From Longimicrobiales bacterium (lineage in GTDB: Bacteria > Gemmatimonadota > Gemmatimonadetes > Longimicrobiales > Gaopeijiaceae), in contig OZ241892.1 in NCBI GenBank assembly GCA_965203485.1, positions 2,496,001 through 2,560,000 of the forward strand: a DNA stretch of 64,000 nt, read 5' to 3'. Positions 17,742-28,681 of this stretch are shown here, in pieces. Position 1 is the first letter of the stretch. Each line of letters starts with the position of its first letter. The position numbers and the translations under genes are program-made. The notes below the pieces were generated by a model, which was not told the origin of the DNA, searched no databases, and saw nothing but the letters and a program-made list of their open reading frames with translations.

Positions 17742-20059
17742 GATCGGACCAAGCCGGCCCGGGCGAGAGGACGGGCGCCGTCCAGGCCGCGGGCGCCGAA
17801 GTCGCATTGCGGATTTCGGGGATGCACTGCGCCAGCTGCGTGTCCTCCGTGGAGCGCGCTCTGGAGGGAGTGGCCGGGGTGGTCCGGGCGGAAGTCAACC
17901 TCGTGCAGGAGACTGCGAGAGTCCGGATCGCGAGCGCCGCGGAGGGCGTCGCGGCCGCCGGCGAGGCGATGGAAAGGGCGGTCGCGGCGGCGGGATACGA
18001 AGCCGCGGCGCTCGTCGGCGCGCAGGCGGAAGACGAGGCCGCGCGGGCTCGCGACGCCGGCCGCGACGAGGAGGTTCGCGCGCTGCTGCGGCGGTTCAGG
18101 GTCGCCGCGTTGTTCGGCCTGCCCGTGTTCGTCCTCGGCCACTGGGACATGATCCCGTGGCTGACGCCGATGAGCGAAGCGGCGCGGACCGGGGCGTGGC
18201 GCGCGTCCGCGCTGCTCACGGCGCCCGTTCTGCTGTACGCGGGTCGCGGCTTCTTCGCGGGCGCGTGGTCCGCCGGGCGGCGCGGGCGGTTCACGATGGA
18301 TTCGCTGGTGGCGCTGGGAACGGGGGCCGCTTGGCTTCAGTCGATGACGGTGGTCCTCGCGCCCGGCCTGCTGCCCGGCCAGCTGGGCAGGCCCTTCTTC
18401 GAGGCGGTTGCCGCCGTCGTCGCGCTCGTGCTCCTCGGACAGGCGCTGGAGGCCCGCGCCAAGGGACGCACCGCGCGCGCGTTGCGGGAGCTCTTCGCGC
18501 TGGCGCCCGACACGGCCGAGCGCCTTCGCGACGACCGAGACCAAGCGGAGACGCAGACCGTTCCCTTGGCCGAAGTGCGTCCCGGCGATCTCCTGCTGGT
18601 GCGCCCCGGCGGGCGCGTGCCGCTGGACGGCGTCGTCCGGTCGGGCGCAAGCGAAGTGGACGAGTCCATGCTCACCGGCGAGAGCTTGCCCGTCGCGAAG
18701 GCGGCGGGCGACGCGGTGACCGGCGGCTCGGTCAACGGCGCCGGCGCCCTGGTCGTGGAGGTCGTCCGCGTGGGAGAAGACACCGTTCTGGCTCGCATCG
18801 TGGACATGGTGAGGCGAGCCCAAGCCGCGAAGCCGCCGGTCCAGCGAACGGTGGACGCCGTGGCCGGCTGGTTCGTGCCGTCGGTCGTGGTGGTCGCGGC
18901 CGCCACGTTCGCGGCGTGGGCCGCGTGGGGACCCGAGCCGCGCCTGAACTTCGCCGTGGCGACCGCCGTGTCCGTCCTGGTCGTCGCTTGCCCGTGCGCG
19001 ATGGGACTCGCCACGCCCCTCTCGGTCATGATCGCGATCGGCCAAGCGGCCCGGCGCGGCGTATTGATCCGCGACGGCGGCGCACTGCAGCGGGCCCGGC
19101 GCGTGGACACGGTCCTCCTGGACAAGACCGGCACCGTCACCGAAGGCCGCCCCGCCGTGGCGAGCGCGCACCCGGGCCCGGCCCTCTCGGAGGCCGAAAT
19201 GCTCGCATGGGCGGCCAGCGCCGAGGCCGCGTCCGAGCACCCCGTCGCCCACGCGATCGTTCGGTACGCCGCCGAGCTGGGGACGCCGCTCCGTCCCGCC
19301 GAGCGCTTCGCCGCCCACCCCGGCCTTGGGGCTTCGGCGATCGTCGAGGGGAAACGCGTCCTGGTGGGGTCGGCCGCGTTTCTGGAAGGCGCGGGCGTGA
19401 AGTTGGAGGCGGCGGCGGCCACGCTGGCCGGTTTGGCGGAAGCGGGGCTGACGGCGGTGCTCGCGGCCGTGAACGGGAACCTGGTGGGCGTGCTCGGAGT
19501 GGAGGACCGCGTCCGGCCCGAAGCCGCGGCCGCCGTTCGGCGCCTCCAAGACCGCGGCATCGAGGTGCGGATGGCGACCGGCGACGAAGAGGGCCCGGCC
19601 CTGCGCGCGGCCCGGAGGGTTGGGATCGAGCGGGTGACGGCGAGGGCCTCCCCTGCGGAGAAGGCGGATCTCGTGGCCGGTTTGCGCGAGCGCGGGCGCG
19701 TCGTGGCGATGATCGGCGACGGCATCAACGACGGGCCGGCGCTCGCCCGGGCCGACGTGGGCATCGCCATGGGCGGCGGGACCGACGTGGCGCGCGAAGC
19801 GGGCGACGTCGTGCTGCTGGGCAACTCGCTGCGGGGAGCCGCGACGCTGCTGGGCCTGTCGCGCGCGGCAACGCGGAACATCGCGCAGAACTTGGTGGGA
19901 GCCTTCGCCTACAACGTCGTGGCGATTCCGGTGGCCGCCGGTCTGCTCTACCCGTGGACGGGCCTTCTGTTGTCGCCCGCCATCGCGGGCGCGGCCATGG
20001 CGCTCAGCTCGGTGACCGTCGTCGCCAACGCCAACCGCCTACGCCGCTGGCGGGGCTAG
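17738..20059 (+). CDS. copA: Cu(I)-translocating P1B-type ATPase
   Basis: GMHCASC metal-binding domain, TGES, CPC, DKTGT, GDGIND, YN and MALSS. Confidence 0.93.
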   Translation: MRSDQAGPGERTGAVQAAGAEVALRISGMHCASCVSSVERALEGVAGVVRAEVNLVQETARVRIASAAEGVAAAGEAMERAVAAAGYEAAALVGAQAEDEAARARDAGRDEEVRALLRRFRVAALFGLPVFVLGHWDMIPWLTPMSEAARTGAWRASALLTAPVLLYAGRGFFAGAWSAGRRGRFTMDSLVALGTGAAWLQSMTVVLAPGLLPGQLGRPFFEAVAAVVALVLLGQALEARAKGRTARALRELFALAPDTAERLRDDRDQAETQTVPLAEVRPGDLLLVRPGGRVPLDGVVRSGASEVDESMLTGESLPVAKAAGDAVTGGSVNGAGALVVEVVRVGEDTVLARIVDMVRRAQAAKPPVQRTVDAVAGWFVPSVVVVAAATFAAWAAWGPEPRLNFAVATAVSVLVVACPCAMGLATPLSVMIAIGQAARRGVLIRDGGALQRARRVDTVLLDKTGTVTEGRPAVASAHPGPALSEAEMLAWAASAEAASEHPVAHAIVRYAAELGTPLRPAERFAAHPGLGASAIVEGKRVLVGSAAFLEGAGVKLEAAAATLAGLAEAGLTAVLAAVNGNLVGVLGVEDRVRPEAAAAVRRLQDRGIEVRMATGDEEGPALRAARRVGIERVTARASPAEKADLVAGLRERGRVVAMIGDGINDGPALARADVGIAMGGGTDVAREAGDVVLLGNSLRGAATLLGLSRAATRNIAQNLVGAFAYNVVAIPVAAGLLYPWTGLLLSPAIAGAAMALSSVTVVANANRLRRWRG

Positions 20060-20094
20060 GAGCGGCGCCGGACGGCCGCCGACGCCCGCGCGGA

Positions 20095-20736
20095 TCAGCC
20101 GCCCGGCAGGTACTCGGCCGGTATCTCGTCGCCCGATCCCTCCTCGCCCTGCCAGAAGATCGTCACGATCCACCAACGCGATCCGTCATGGAACGCCTGG
20201 ATCGAATTGATGCCGCGGTCAAACGGCTCCTCGCCGGGCGACCAGCGCGACTCGTAGGTCGAGAACAAGTGCGCCACGGCCCCGTAGCGCTCGGTCACCC
20301 GGTTGACCTCCGTCTCGAAGAAGCCTCGTTCCTCCAAGAACGGCCCGGCGCCGGCCACGTAGTCGTCGGGCGTCATGACGTTCGTTCCGCCCTCGCCCTG
20401 CGGACCGCGCCCGGTCGGAATCAACCGGGCGCCGTCTCTGAAGAGGGACCGGAAACGGTCCCAGTCGCGAGGTTCCCCGGCCGGTCCGGAGATCACGTCG
20501 TACAGCGCCGCAACGACGGCGTTGAGCGACTCGACGTCTTCCGGCGCGGCGCGGGGGGCGTTCTGGGCGGACACGCGGTCCGGCGCCGCCAAGCCGACGG
20601 CCAGCGCCAGGAGCACGAGCGGCGCGCGAAGGCGGGGAGGGGACGGAAGCACCGGCGCCGACGCTGCGTGGACCCGGGCGCCCGCGCCGGCTGCGCCGCG
20701 AGTTTCGCGAGGGAATGGAAGCAACGGCAGGGACAC
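20095..20736 (-). CDS. Secreted NTF2-like hypothetical protein
   Basis: Signal ending VSAQ; LYDVISGPAGEPRDWDRFRSLF...RGINSIQ...RWWI; AGGAG before GTG. Confidence 0.75.
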   Translation of the reverse strand: MSLPLLPFPRETRGAAGAGARVHAASAPVLPSPPRLRAPLVLLALAVGLAAPDRVSAQNAPRAAPEDVESLNAVVAALYDVISGPAGEPRDWDRFRSLFRDGARLIPTGRGPQGEGGTNVMTPDDYVAGAGPFLEERGFFETEVNRVTERYGAVAHLFSTYESRWSPGEEPFDRGINSIQAFHDGSRWWIVTIFWQGEEGSGDEIPAEYLPGG

Positions 20737-20939
20737 GGTGTGGACTCCTATCGCATCTGCGGGTGGAAGCCGCCCGCGCGGCGGCCGTTGCCGACAAGAG
20801 CCGACGGGGCCGCACCAGGCGCGAGCGGCGAGCGAAGGGGCGAGCGCGAAAGGCGCGCCCACGCCCAGGCGAGGCGTAATCTGCGTCGGCGGCCCGGCGC
20901 TCGTCCAGCCTCTCCAGCCTCCGGCGACGACCCGCGCCG

Positions 20940-20959
20940 CCCCCCCCCCCCCCCCCCCC
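20940..20959. repeat. Poly-C tract (C20)
   Basis: 20 consecutive C in the divergent intergenic region upstream of mutS. Confidence 0.9.
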
Positions 20960-20961
20960 AT

Positions 20962-20990
20962 TGGACGTACCGGCGCCGCGGCCGTATTCT
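20962..20990 (+). promoter_or_regulatory. Putative sigma70 promoter of mutS
   Basis: TGGACG-17 nt-TATTCT ending 50 nt before the mutS ATG. Confidence 0.5.
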
Positions 20991-21040
20991 ACGGCTGGAA
21001 CGGATGGACAAGATCGACCCGAGCACGACGGCATCTTGCC

Positions 21041-23647
21041 ATGCCACGCGCCGCTACCCTCAACGACACGCCGCTGATGCGGCAATGGCGCGAAGTCAAG
21101 GCGCGCCACAGAGATGCGCTGGTCCTTTTCCGGGTGGGCGACTTCTACGAGCTCTTCTTCGGAGACGCGGAGGAAGGGGCCAAGCTGCTGGGGCTGACCC
21201 TCACCTCGCGCAACAACGGCGGCGCGGGGCGCGTTCCCCTCGCCGGCGTGCCGGCAAAGGCGCTCGACGAGTACTTGGCGCGGCTCGTGCGCCTGGGCAA
21301 GCGCGTGGCCGTCTGCGAGCAGATGGAGGACCCGGCTCAGGCGAGGGGCTTGGTGAGGCGCGAAGTCGTGGAGACCGTCACGCCGGGCACCGTCGTGTCG
21401 GGCGCGCTCCTCGACGCGAAGCGCAACAACTTCGTGGTCGCGCTGGCGCCCGGCCGCGGCGCCGCCGGAATCGCCGCGCTCGACGTCTCGACGGGCGAGA
21501 TGGAGCTGCTGGAGGTGGCCGAAGGCGATCTCGTCGGCGAACTCGACCGCATCGAGCCCAAGGAGCTGCTGCTCCCGGAGTCGGCGGACCAGCTCCTTGC
21601 CGAGGAAGACTGCGCGGGCGCCGTGCTCACGGTGCGGCCGGACTGGGCGTTCGACTCGGAGACGGCCCGCGACGAGCTGGTCCGCCGCTACGGCGTGCAG
21701 TCGCTGGACGGCTTCGGCTTCCAAGCCGGCGACGAAGCGCTGGTTCGGGCCGCCGGCGCGCTGGTCGCCTACGTCGAAGAGGTCCGCCCCGGCTCGGCCA
21801 AGCACTTGCAGGCGCCGAGGATCCAGCGCTCCGGCACCGTGATGACCCTGGACTCCATGACCCGCCGCAACCTGGAACTCGTGGAGCCGCTGCGCCCCTA
21901 CGACGGCGACGAGTGCCTGCTCTCGGTGGTCGACGCCACGGTCACTCCCATGGGCGGACGCCTGCTTCGGGCCTGGCTGCTTCGGCCGCTGCTCGATCCG
22001 GACAAGATACGGAGGCGTCATGCGGCGGTCGCCGAACTCCACGAGTCCACCGAGGCCCGCGAGGGGCTGCGTTCCTGCCTCTCCGGCATCCGCGACCTGG
22101 ACCGGCTCTGCGCCAGGCTCGATTCGGCGCGGGCGGCGCCCAGGGAAGTTCTCGGCCTGGGCCAGTCGCTGCGCCGCCTTCCCGGCCTGCTCGAAGCAGG
22201 CGGCCGACTGGAGAGCCCCGCGGTGGCCCAGCTCGTCGATGCCTTGGACCCGTTGGAGGACTTGGCCGCGCTGGTCGAGCAAGCCATCTCCGAGGACGCC
22301 CCTGCCGCGCTGACCGACGGCGGCGTGATCCGCCGGGGATTCGACGACGATCTGGACGCGCTCCGGGCCGCCTGCGACGGCGCGCGCGACTTCCTCGCCA
22401 CCCTGCAGACGCAGGAGCGCGAGAGAACCGGCATCGCGTCGCTCAAGATCGGCTACAACAAGGTGTTCGGCTACTTCCTCGAAGTCACCAAGCCGAACCT
22501 GGGCCGCGTACCCGACCGCTATGCGCGCAGGCAGACGCTCACCAACGCCGAACGCTTCGTCACGCCCGAACTCAAGGAGTGGGAAGAGAAGGTCTTCGGA
22601 GCGCAGGAAGACATCGCCCGCATCGAAAAGGCCCTTTTCACGCGCGTGCGCGAGCAACTGTCGGCGGCGGTGTCGCGCATCCGCGCCACGAGCCGGGCGG
22701 TGGCCGCGCTCGACGTGCTGGCGGCCCTCGCCGACGTGGCCCGGCGCCGCTCCTACGTGCGGCCGGAGATCACCACGGACTTCGAGCTGGACGTGGAGGC
22801 GGGGCGCCATCCGGTCGTCGAGACGATGGTTCGCGAGAACTTCGTCCCCAACGACATTCGGTTGGACGAGACGGCCCGGATCGCAGTGCTGACGGGGCCC
22901 AACATGGCGGGCAAGAGCACCGTGCTTCGCCAAGTCGGTCTGATCCAAGTGATGGCGCAGACCGGTTCGTTCGTGCCCGCCGGCCGCGCGCGGCTCGGCC
23001 TGTGCGACCGCGTGTTCACGCGCGTCGGCGCGTCCGACAACCTCGTCAGGGGCCAGTCCACGTTCATGGTCGAGATGAACGAGACGGCGGCCATCGTGCA
23101 CGGCGCCACGGCCCGCAGCTTGGTGCTGCTCGACGAGATCGGCCGCGGGACGTCCACCTACGACGGCGTTTCCATCGCTTGGGCGGTGACCGAGCACCTT
23201 CACGACCACGTGCGGGCCAAGGGGATATTCGCCACGCACTACCACGAACTCACGCAGCTGGCCGACCTGCTTCCCGCCGTGAAGAACTTGAACGTGGCCG
23301 TGCGCGAGTCGGGCGACCGAATCCTCTTCCTGCGCCGCCTGGAACCGGGCGGCGCGGACCGCTCGTACGGCATCCAGGTGGCCCGCTTGGCCGGATTTCC
23401 GGCGCAGCTCATCGAACGCGCGAGGGACCTGCTGGCCGAGCTGGAGGGTGCGCGGACGGGAGCGGGCGAAGGACTGGGCCGGGGATCGGGGGCGCCGGAG
23501 TCGCGGGCCGGCCGGGATCAGCTTTCGCTGTTCGTCAGCGAGCATCCCGCGCTGGCCAAGCTGCGCGCGCTGAACCCGGACGAGACGACCCCGCTGGCCG
23601 CGCTGGAACTGCTCCACGCCCTGCGCCGCGAAGTGGTCGGGGGCTGA
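21041..23647 (+). CDS. mutS: DNA mismatch repair protein MutS
   Basis: TPLMRQW, FRVGDFYELF, TGPNMAGKST, STFMVEM, DEIGRGTS, ATHYHEL, SYGIQVA. Confidence 0.99.
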   Translation: MPRAATLNDTPLMRQWREVKARHRDALVLFRVGDFYELFFGDAEEGAKLLGLTLTSRNNGGAGRVPLAGVPAKALDEYLARLVRLGKRVAVCEQMEDPAQARGLVRREVVETVTPGTVVSGALLDAKRNNFVVALAPGRGAAGIAALDVSTGEMELLEVAEGDLVGELDRIEPKELLLPESADQLLAEEDCAGAVLTVRPDWAFDSETARDELVRRYGVQSLDGFGFQAGDEALVRAAGALVAYVEEVRPGSAKHLQAPRIQRSGTVMTLDSMTRRNLELVEPLRPYDGDECLLSVVDATVTPMGGRLLRAWLLRPLLDPDKIRRRHAAVAELHESTEAREGLRSCLSGIRDLDRLCARLDSARAAPREVLGLGQSLRRLPGLLEAGGRLESPAVAQLVDALDPLEDLAALVEQAISEDAPAALTDGGVIRRGFDDDLDALRAACDGARDFLATLQTQERERTGIASLKIGYNKVFGYFLEVTKPNLGRVPDRYARRQTLTNAERFVTPELKEWEEKVFGAQEDIARIEKALFTRVREQLSAAVSRIRATSRAVAALDVLAALADVARRRSYVRPEITTDFELDVEAGRHPVVETMVRENFVPNDIRLDETARIAVLTGPNMAGKSTVLRQVGLIQVMAQTGSFVPAGRARLGLCDRVFTRVGASDNLVRGQSTFMVEMNETAAIVHGATARSLVLLDEIGRGTSTYDGVSIAWAVTEHLHDHVRAKGIFATHYHELTQLADLLPAVKNLNVAVRESGDRILFLRRLEPGGADRSYGIQVARLAGFPAQLIERARDLLAELEGARTGAGEGLGRGSGAPESRAGRDQLSLFVSEHPALAKLRALNPDETTPLAALELLHALRREVVGG

Positions 23648-23687
23648 GCGCGGGACCGGGGCCGGGAGCCGGACTTATGATTCAGGG

Positions 23688-24146
23688 ATGAGCGGACTCG
23701 CGGGTGGACTGGGCGGCAGGCTGGCGGCGGCTTGGCTGGCGGCCGGCGGGACCTCCGTTCTGGCGGGTTGCGCGAGCGAGAAGATCGACCCGCCTGTGCC
23801 CCTGGACGCGGAGAGTTCGGTCGAGCATCCCAGCGAACTCGCCGCCGCGGGCGTCGGCGGGACCACTCGGTTGCGGCTCCTGATCGACGAGGCAGGGTCC
23901 GTCGACAGCGTCGAAGTAGCCGAGAGCAGCGGTCATCCGGGCCTCGACTCGGCGGCCGTGGACGGCGCCCGGCGCATGGAGTTCGAGCCCGCGTCGAGAG
24001 CCGGCGAGCCGGTGCGCGCCTGGGTGGACGCGCCCGTGCGCTTCCGGCCCGGCGGAGCCAGCGTCGATCCTGCCGGTTCCGCCGATTCCGCCGGGCCGCC
24101 CCGGGATTCCGCCGCCGGTCCGCCGGTCCGCGAGAGCAGCCGGTGA
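23688..24146 (+). CDS. TonB C-terminal domain lipoprotein
   Basis: LAGC lipobox; LLIDEAGSV..V.VAESSGHPGLDSAA...FEPA...VPV-like motif. Confidence 0.8.
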   Translation: MSGLAGGLGGRLAAAWLAAGGTSVLAGCASEKIDPPVPLDAESSVEHPSELAAAGVGGTTRLRLLIDEAGSVDSVEVAESSGHPGLDSAAVDGARRMEFEPASRAGEPVRAWVDAPVRFRPGGASVDPAGSADSAGPPRDSAAGPPVRESSR

Positions 24147-25555
24147 GCGCACCGGACGGGAGGACCCGCGAACCCCGTCATCGCCGACCCTACGGCAACG
24201 TGCTGGAGATGGTGGGCTGGACGCCGCTCGTCCGCCTCCGCCGCGTCGCCCAGGACGTTCGCGCGCCCGTGTACGGCAAGGCCGAGTTCATGAACCCGGG
24301 AGGCTCGGTGAAGGACCGCATCGGCGCGGCGATGATCGAGGCCGCCGAAGAGGCCGGCCTGCTTCGCCCCGGAGGGGTCATCGTCGAAGCCACCTCCGGC
24401 AACACCGGCATGGCGCTGGCGATGGCCGCGTCGATCAAGGGCTACAAGTGCGTCTTCACGCTGCCCGACAAGATGAGCATCGAGAAGGTCAAGCTGCTTC
24501 GCGCCTTCGGGGCCGAGGTCGTCGTCACCCCGACCGCCGTCCCCCCCGATCACCCCGATCACTACGCGAACCGCGCCAAGACCATCGCCGAGGCCACGCC
24601 CAACGCGTTCCTCGCCGACCAGTTCTACAACCTCACCAACCCCGAGGCCCACTACCGCACGACCGGACCGGAGGTATGGGAGCAGACCGGCGGCGCCGTC
24701 ACCCACTTCTTCGCGGGCGCAGGAACCGGCGGCACCATTTCGGGCGTCGGCAAGTACCTCAAGGAGCAGAACCCGGCGGTGCGCGTGACGGGCGTCGATC
24801 CCGCGGGTTCGGTCATATCCGGCTTCCACGCCACCGGCGAGGTCGGGCCGTCGGAGCCGTACAAGGTCGAAGGTCTGGGCAACGACAAGATTCCCGGCGC
24901 GCTCGACCTGCGCTACGTGGACGACTACGTGACGGTGGGCGACGGCGCGGCCTTCCGCATGGCGCGCCTGCTCGCCACCGAGGAAGGGCTGTTCGTGGGC
25001 GGGTCGAGCGGCCTGATCGTGCACGCGGCCCTGGAGGCGGCCCGCCGGATCGACGACCCGGACGCCTGCGTGGTGGCCGTGCTGTGCGACTGGGGCGAGC
25101 GCTACCTCACCAAGCAGTTCGACGACGAGTGGATGCGCAACAACGGCTTTCTGGAGCCGGGCCGCTCCACAGTGGCGGACATGCTCGCGTCCAAGCTGGA
25201 GCGCTTGCCGGGACTGGTCTCCACGCCCCCGTCCGCGTCCGTGCGCGCGGCCGTGTCCACCATGTCGGGCCACAACGTGTCGCAGCTTCCCGTCGTGTTG
25301 GGCGACAACTGCGTGGGCAGCGTGAGCGAGAGCAGCCTGATGATGCACGTGCTGGATGACCAGTCCGTGCTGGACCAGTCCCTCGAGTCCGTCATGGCCG
25401 AGCCTTATCCGGTGCTGGACGAGGCCGTCGATTCGCGCGAGGCGAAGCGGCTGTTGACGGGCGGTGCGCACGCGGTGCTGGTCCGGTCGAACGGCAAGCT
25501 GGACGGCATCCTGACCCGCTACGACCTGGTGCGGCTGTTGGCGGCGGTGCCTTGA
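24143..25555 (+). CDS. Cystathionine beta-synthase / PLP cysteine synthase with CBS domains
   Basis: NPGGSVKDRI, EATSGNTG, GTGGT; C-terminal CBS pair (SQLPVV, GILTRYDL). Confidence 0.93.
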   Translation: MSAPDGRTREPRHRRPYGNVLEMVGWTPLVRLRRVAQDVRAPVYGKAEFMNPGGSVKDRIGAAMIEAAEEAGLLRPGGVIVEATSGNTGMALAMAASIKGYKCVFTLPDKMSIEKVKLLRAFGAEVVVTPTAVPPDHPDHYANRAKTIAEATPNAFLADQFYNLTNPEAHYRTTGPEVWEQTGGAVTHFFAGAGTGGTISGVGKYLKEQNPAVRVTGVDPAGSVISGFHATGEVGPSEPYKVEGLGNDKIPGALDLRYVDDYVTVGDGAAFRMARLLATEEGLFVGGSSGLIVHAALEAARRIDDPDACVVAVLCDWGERYLTKQFDDEWMRNNGFLEPGRSTVADMLASKLERLPGLVSTPPSASVRAAVSTMSGHNVSQLPVVLGDNCVGSVSESSLMMHVLDDQSVLDQSLESVMAEPYPVLDEAVDSREAKRLLTGGAHAVLVRSNGKLDGILTRYDLVRLLAAVP

Positions 25556-25646
25556 ACGGCGAGCGGAGAGGTCTGCGCCGGGAACCGCAACGGGAACGCG
25601 GCGCCGGCGCTCGCCGTGCCTTGAACGGCGGCGGGAGGGACCGGCG

Positions 25647-26651
25647 TTGCGAATCGCAGTATTGATGGGCGGCGCGTCCGAGGAGCGCGGCGTGTCGCTG
25701 GCGAGCGGTTGCCAAGTGGCCGCGGCGTTGCGAGAGGCCGGCCACGACGTCTCGTGCGTGGATCCTGTGGCGGGCGTCGTGTCCAAGGAGGACGAGGTCC
25801 GCATCCTGGAAGCGGGGATTTCGGACCCCGACGCCTCCCCAGGGACCTGGGCGCCGGGCGCCGTCGCGGCAGGCTTGCGCGCGGCGAACGGCGTGCTGCG
25901 GGACGCCGACGTGGCCTTTCTCGCGCTTCACGGCGGGGCGGGCGAGGACGGCACCGTGCAGGCGGTGCTGCAGGCGTCCGGGATTCCCTACGCCGGCAGC
26001 GGCCCGGCGGCGTGCGCGCTCGCCATGGACAAGGACCTGTCGAAGCGGTTGCTTCGGGACGCGGGCGTCGCGACCCCGGACTGGATGGTGGGCGCGGGGT
26101 TGGGCGAGGAGGCGGCGCGGAGGCTGGGCCTGCCGCTGGTGGTCAAGCCGGTGGCGGGGGGCTCTTCGGTCCGCTTGGCGGTGGTCTCGTCCGTCGGCGA
26201 GGCGGAGGCGGCCGCCGAGCGGGCGGCGGGGCCGAACGGCGAGGCGATGTACGAGAGCCACGTGAAGGGCCGCGAGTTCACGGTGGGCATCCTGGAGGAG
26301 GCGGCGCTGCCCGTCGTCGAGATCGAGCCTGCGCGCGACTTCTTCGACTTTCGATGCAAGTACGAGCCGGGCATGGCCGTCGAGACGGCTCCCGCGCGCA
26401 TCTCCCGGGAGCTGACGGCCCGGCTTCAGTCGGTCGCGTTGCGCGTGCACCGGGCGCTGCGGCTCCGGCATTTCTCGCGAGTCGACTTCCTAGTCGACGC
26501 AACCGGGCGACCCTGGTGCCTGGAGGCCAACGCCCTGCCCGGGCTCACCGGCAACAGCCTCCTGCCCAAGGCCGCGCGAGCCGCGGGGATTGATTTTCCG
26601 GCCCTGTGCGACAGAATATCCAGGGCGGGAATGCACGCCGGCCTCCGATAG
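25647..26651 (+). CDS. ddl: D-alanine--D-alanine ligase
   Basis: MGGASEERGVSL, LHGGAGEDG, KPVAGGSS, CKY, RVDF, LEANALPG. Confidence 0.95.
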   Translation: MRIAVLMGGASEERGVSLASGCQVAAALREAGHDVSCVDPVAGVVSKEDEVRILEAGISDPDASPGTWAPGAVAAGLRAANGVLRDADVAFLALHGGAGEDGTVQAVLQASGIPYAGSGPAACALAMDKDLSKRLLRDAGVATPDWMVGAGLGEEAARRLGLPLVVKPVAGGSSVRLAVVSSVGEAEAAAERAAGPNGEAMYESHVKGREFTVGILEEAALPVVEIEPARDFFDFRCKYEPGMAVETAPARISRELTARLQSVALRVHRALRLRHFSRVDFLVDATGRPWCLEANALPGLTGNSLLPKAARAAGIDFPALCDRISRAGMHAGLR

Positions 26652-26678
26652 CGACAGTTCCAAAGGGGAAACCGCTCC

Positions 26679-27851
26679 ATGCGATACACCAGCGGCCCGT
26701 CGTTCGGCGCAGCGACCGGCGGCCTTCGAGCGACGCCGTGGGTCAAGCGCCTGCTCATGGCCAACGCCGCCGTCTTCCTCGTCACTGCCGTGGCCGGAAT
26801 CGAGCGGATGGCCGATCTCTTCGCGTTCTCGCCCAGCCGCCTCCTGGAGCGTCCCTGGGGGATGCTCACCTACATGTTCGTGCACGCAGGCCTTTGGCAC
26901 TTGCTCATGAACATGCTGGTGATCTTCTTCTTCGGCCCGCCCCTGGAGCGCCGCTGGGGCTCGGACTTCTTCGTCAAGTTCTACTTGGTATGCGGCCTGG
27001 GCGGCGTGGCCATGAGCTTCATCTTCGCCGATGCATCGATCGTGGGCGCGTCCGCCGCCTGCTACGGCATCATGCTGGCCTTCGCGATGACTTGGCCCGA
27101 CGCTCCCATTCACGTCTGGGGCGTAGTGCCCGTGCGAGCCAAGTGGGTCGTCGGCTTCCTAGCGGCGCTGACCCTCGCGAGCGCCCTCGGGCCTGGCCGC
27201 GACGGAATCGCGCATCTGGCCCACTTGGGGGGCGTCGTCACCGGCTTCCTGCTCGTCAAGAGCGGCTGGGCGCCGGTGCGTTGGGCAGACGTGGGCGGCG
27301 ATCGCTCGGGTAGAACGTCGCACGCGCGCGGCAGGAGTTCCGGAACGAGCGGGAACGACGCACCGGGTTGGCGCGGACGCCCGCCGCCCCAGGGCCGCTT
27401 CCGCTTCGGCTCCGACCAGGGGGACGACGATTCCGGCCTGCGCGCCCGCTACGACGCTTTCACGTTGCGGGTCGCATCCTGGATGGCGCGGATGAGGTCC
27501 GGGGAGCGGGCCGCGACCGAGCGGCCCCCGAAGACCGGCCGTCCGGGCGGGCGCGCTGGAGCCGCAACGAGGCCAAGCGAGCCGCGGCGCGGACAAGCCC
27601 GCCAAGGCCCCAATCGCGGCCAAGTCCGCAACAACCGAACGATACGCGTTCATTCGCGCCGACCGCAGACGCGCGCGATTCCAATGCCCCCCGTTCGCAA
27701 TACGCGCCGCCTGACGGCTGCCGAGGAGCGGGCCGAGCTGGATGCTCTGGACGCCGTGCTCGACAAGATCTCAGCGAGCGGCATGGGTTCCCTCACCGAA
27801 TCGGAGAGGGCGTTGCTGGATCGGGTTTCGCGCCGAGAGAAGACGAATTGA
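26679..27851 (+). CDS. Rhomboid intramembrane serine protease with long Arg-rich linker and C-terminal LDKI domain
   Basis: HLLMNM, GASAA and AHLAHLGG; C-terminal LDAVLDKISASGMGSLTESERALL. Confidence 0.92.
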   Translation: MRYTSGPSFGAATGGLRATPWVKRLLMANAAVFLVTAVAGIERMADLFAFSPSRLLERPWGMLTYMFVHAGLWHLLMNMLVIFFFGPPLERRWGSDFFVKFYLVCGLGGVAMSFIFADASIVGASAACYGIMLAFAMTWPDAPIHVWGVVPVRAKWVVGFLAALTLASALGPGRDGIAHLAHLGGVVTGFLLVKSGWAPVRWADVGGDRSGRTSHARGRSSGTSGNDAPGWRGRPPPQGRFRFGSDQGDDDSGLRARYDAFTLRVASWMARMRSGERAATERPPKTGRPGGRAGAATRPSEPRRGQARQGPNRGQVRNNRTIRVHSRRPQTRAIPMPPVRNTRRLTAAEERAELDALDAVLDKISASGMGSLTESERALLDRVSRREKTN

Positions 27852-28564
27852 ATCCAGGCCACGCCTCGACGGCAGGCTGGCCGCCCCGCGCATACGTGCG
27901 CCGTATCTGTGGCCGGCTCGCGCTCCAGCTTCCTTTCTTGTTCCCTTTGATTCGCTACGAGAGTTTTCTTAAGAAGAATTGGTCGGCGGGAATGCGAGAT
28001 CTGAGAGAGCTGGCCGATCGAACAGCATCGGTTCCCGGCGTGATCATCGAATGCGGATCGGCTCATTGCGGGTCCGCGATCTACCTGGCGAAGCACCTGA
28101 AGAAGCGAGGCCGCGCTCGTCAACTGTTCGCCTTGGACAGCTATGCCGGCTTTCGGAGGGACGAGCTGGCCCGCGAACGGGCCAACGGAGGTGGGAACAT
28201 CCATGCCTCCGCCTTTGCGGACGCAAGCTTCGAGTATGTTGTCGCCAAACTGCGCAAGCTGAAATTGACGGACAGGATTCGTCCCGTCCAAGGCTTCTTC
28301 CAGGACACCTTGGCGCCGCTTGTCGCCGAGGCGGGACAGGTGGCAATGGCTTTCATAGACTGCAACCTGGAAGAGAGCACGGCATTCTGCGCGGAAACGG
28401 TGTGGAGCCGAATTCCGTCCGGCGGCATTGTCGTGTTCGACGACTACGCGGATCCCGCTTGGGCCGGCGTCGCTAGGGCCGTAGACGCTTTCTTCTTGGA
28501 GCATCAATACGAGATTGCGGATCATGGAATCATGCGGCGGATGTACTATGTCAAGAAACGCTGA
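27848..28564 (+). CDS. TylF/MycF/NovP-like class I SAM methyltransferase, copy 1
   Basis: VIIECGS, ALDSYAGF, GFFQDTL, FIDCN, GGIVVFDDY. TTG overlaps the upstream TGA. Confidence 0.85.
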   Translation: MNPGHASTAGWPPRAYVRRICGRLALQLPFLFPLIRYESFLKKNWSAGMRDLRELADRTASVPGVIIECGSAHCGSAIYLAKHLKKRGRARQLFALDSYAGFRRDELARERANGGGNIHASAFADASFEYVVAKLRKLKLTDRIRPVQGFFQDTLAPLVAEAGQVAMAFIDCNLEESTAFCAETVWSRIPSGGIVVFDDYADPAWAGVARAVDAFFLEHQYEIADHGIMRRMYYVKKR

Positions 28565-28681
28565 ACTAGGCGGGGACGCTCTGAACGGCGTGCTGGAACA
28601 AGATCTCTGCGTGCAACATGGGATCCTTCACCGATTCCAAGCACGCGTTGCCGGGCCACCTGTCGCGCCGGGAAAGACGGA

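Noticed and set aside
17578..23691. 2037-aa ORF and the many other long overlapping ORFs in the track
   Set aside because: Arg/Gly/Pro-rich shadow frames of copA, mutS and other real genes, expected at this GC content; no motifs.
25546..25640. GTGCCTTGAACGGCG repeated 69 nt apart at the end of the CBS gene as a possible att site
   Set aside because: No integrase or cargo between the copies; most simply a short local duplication.
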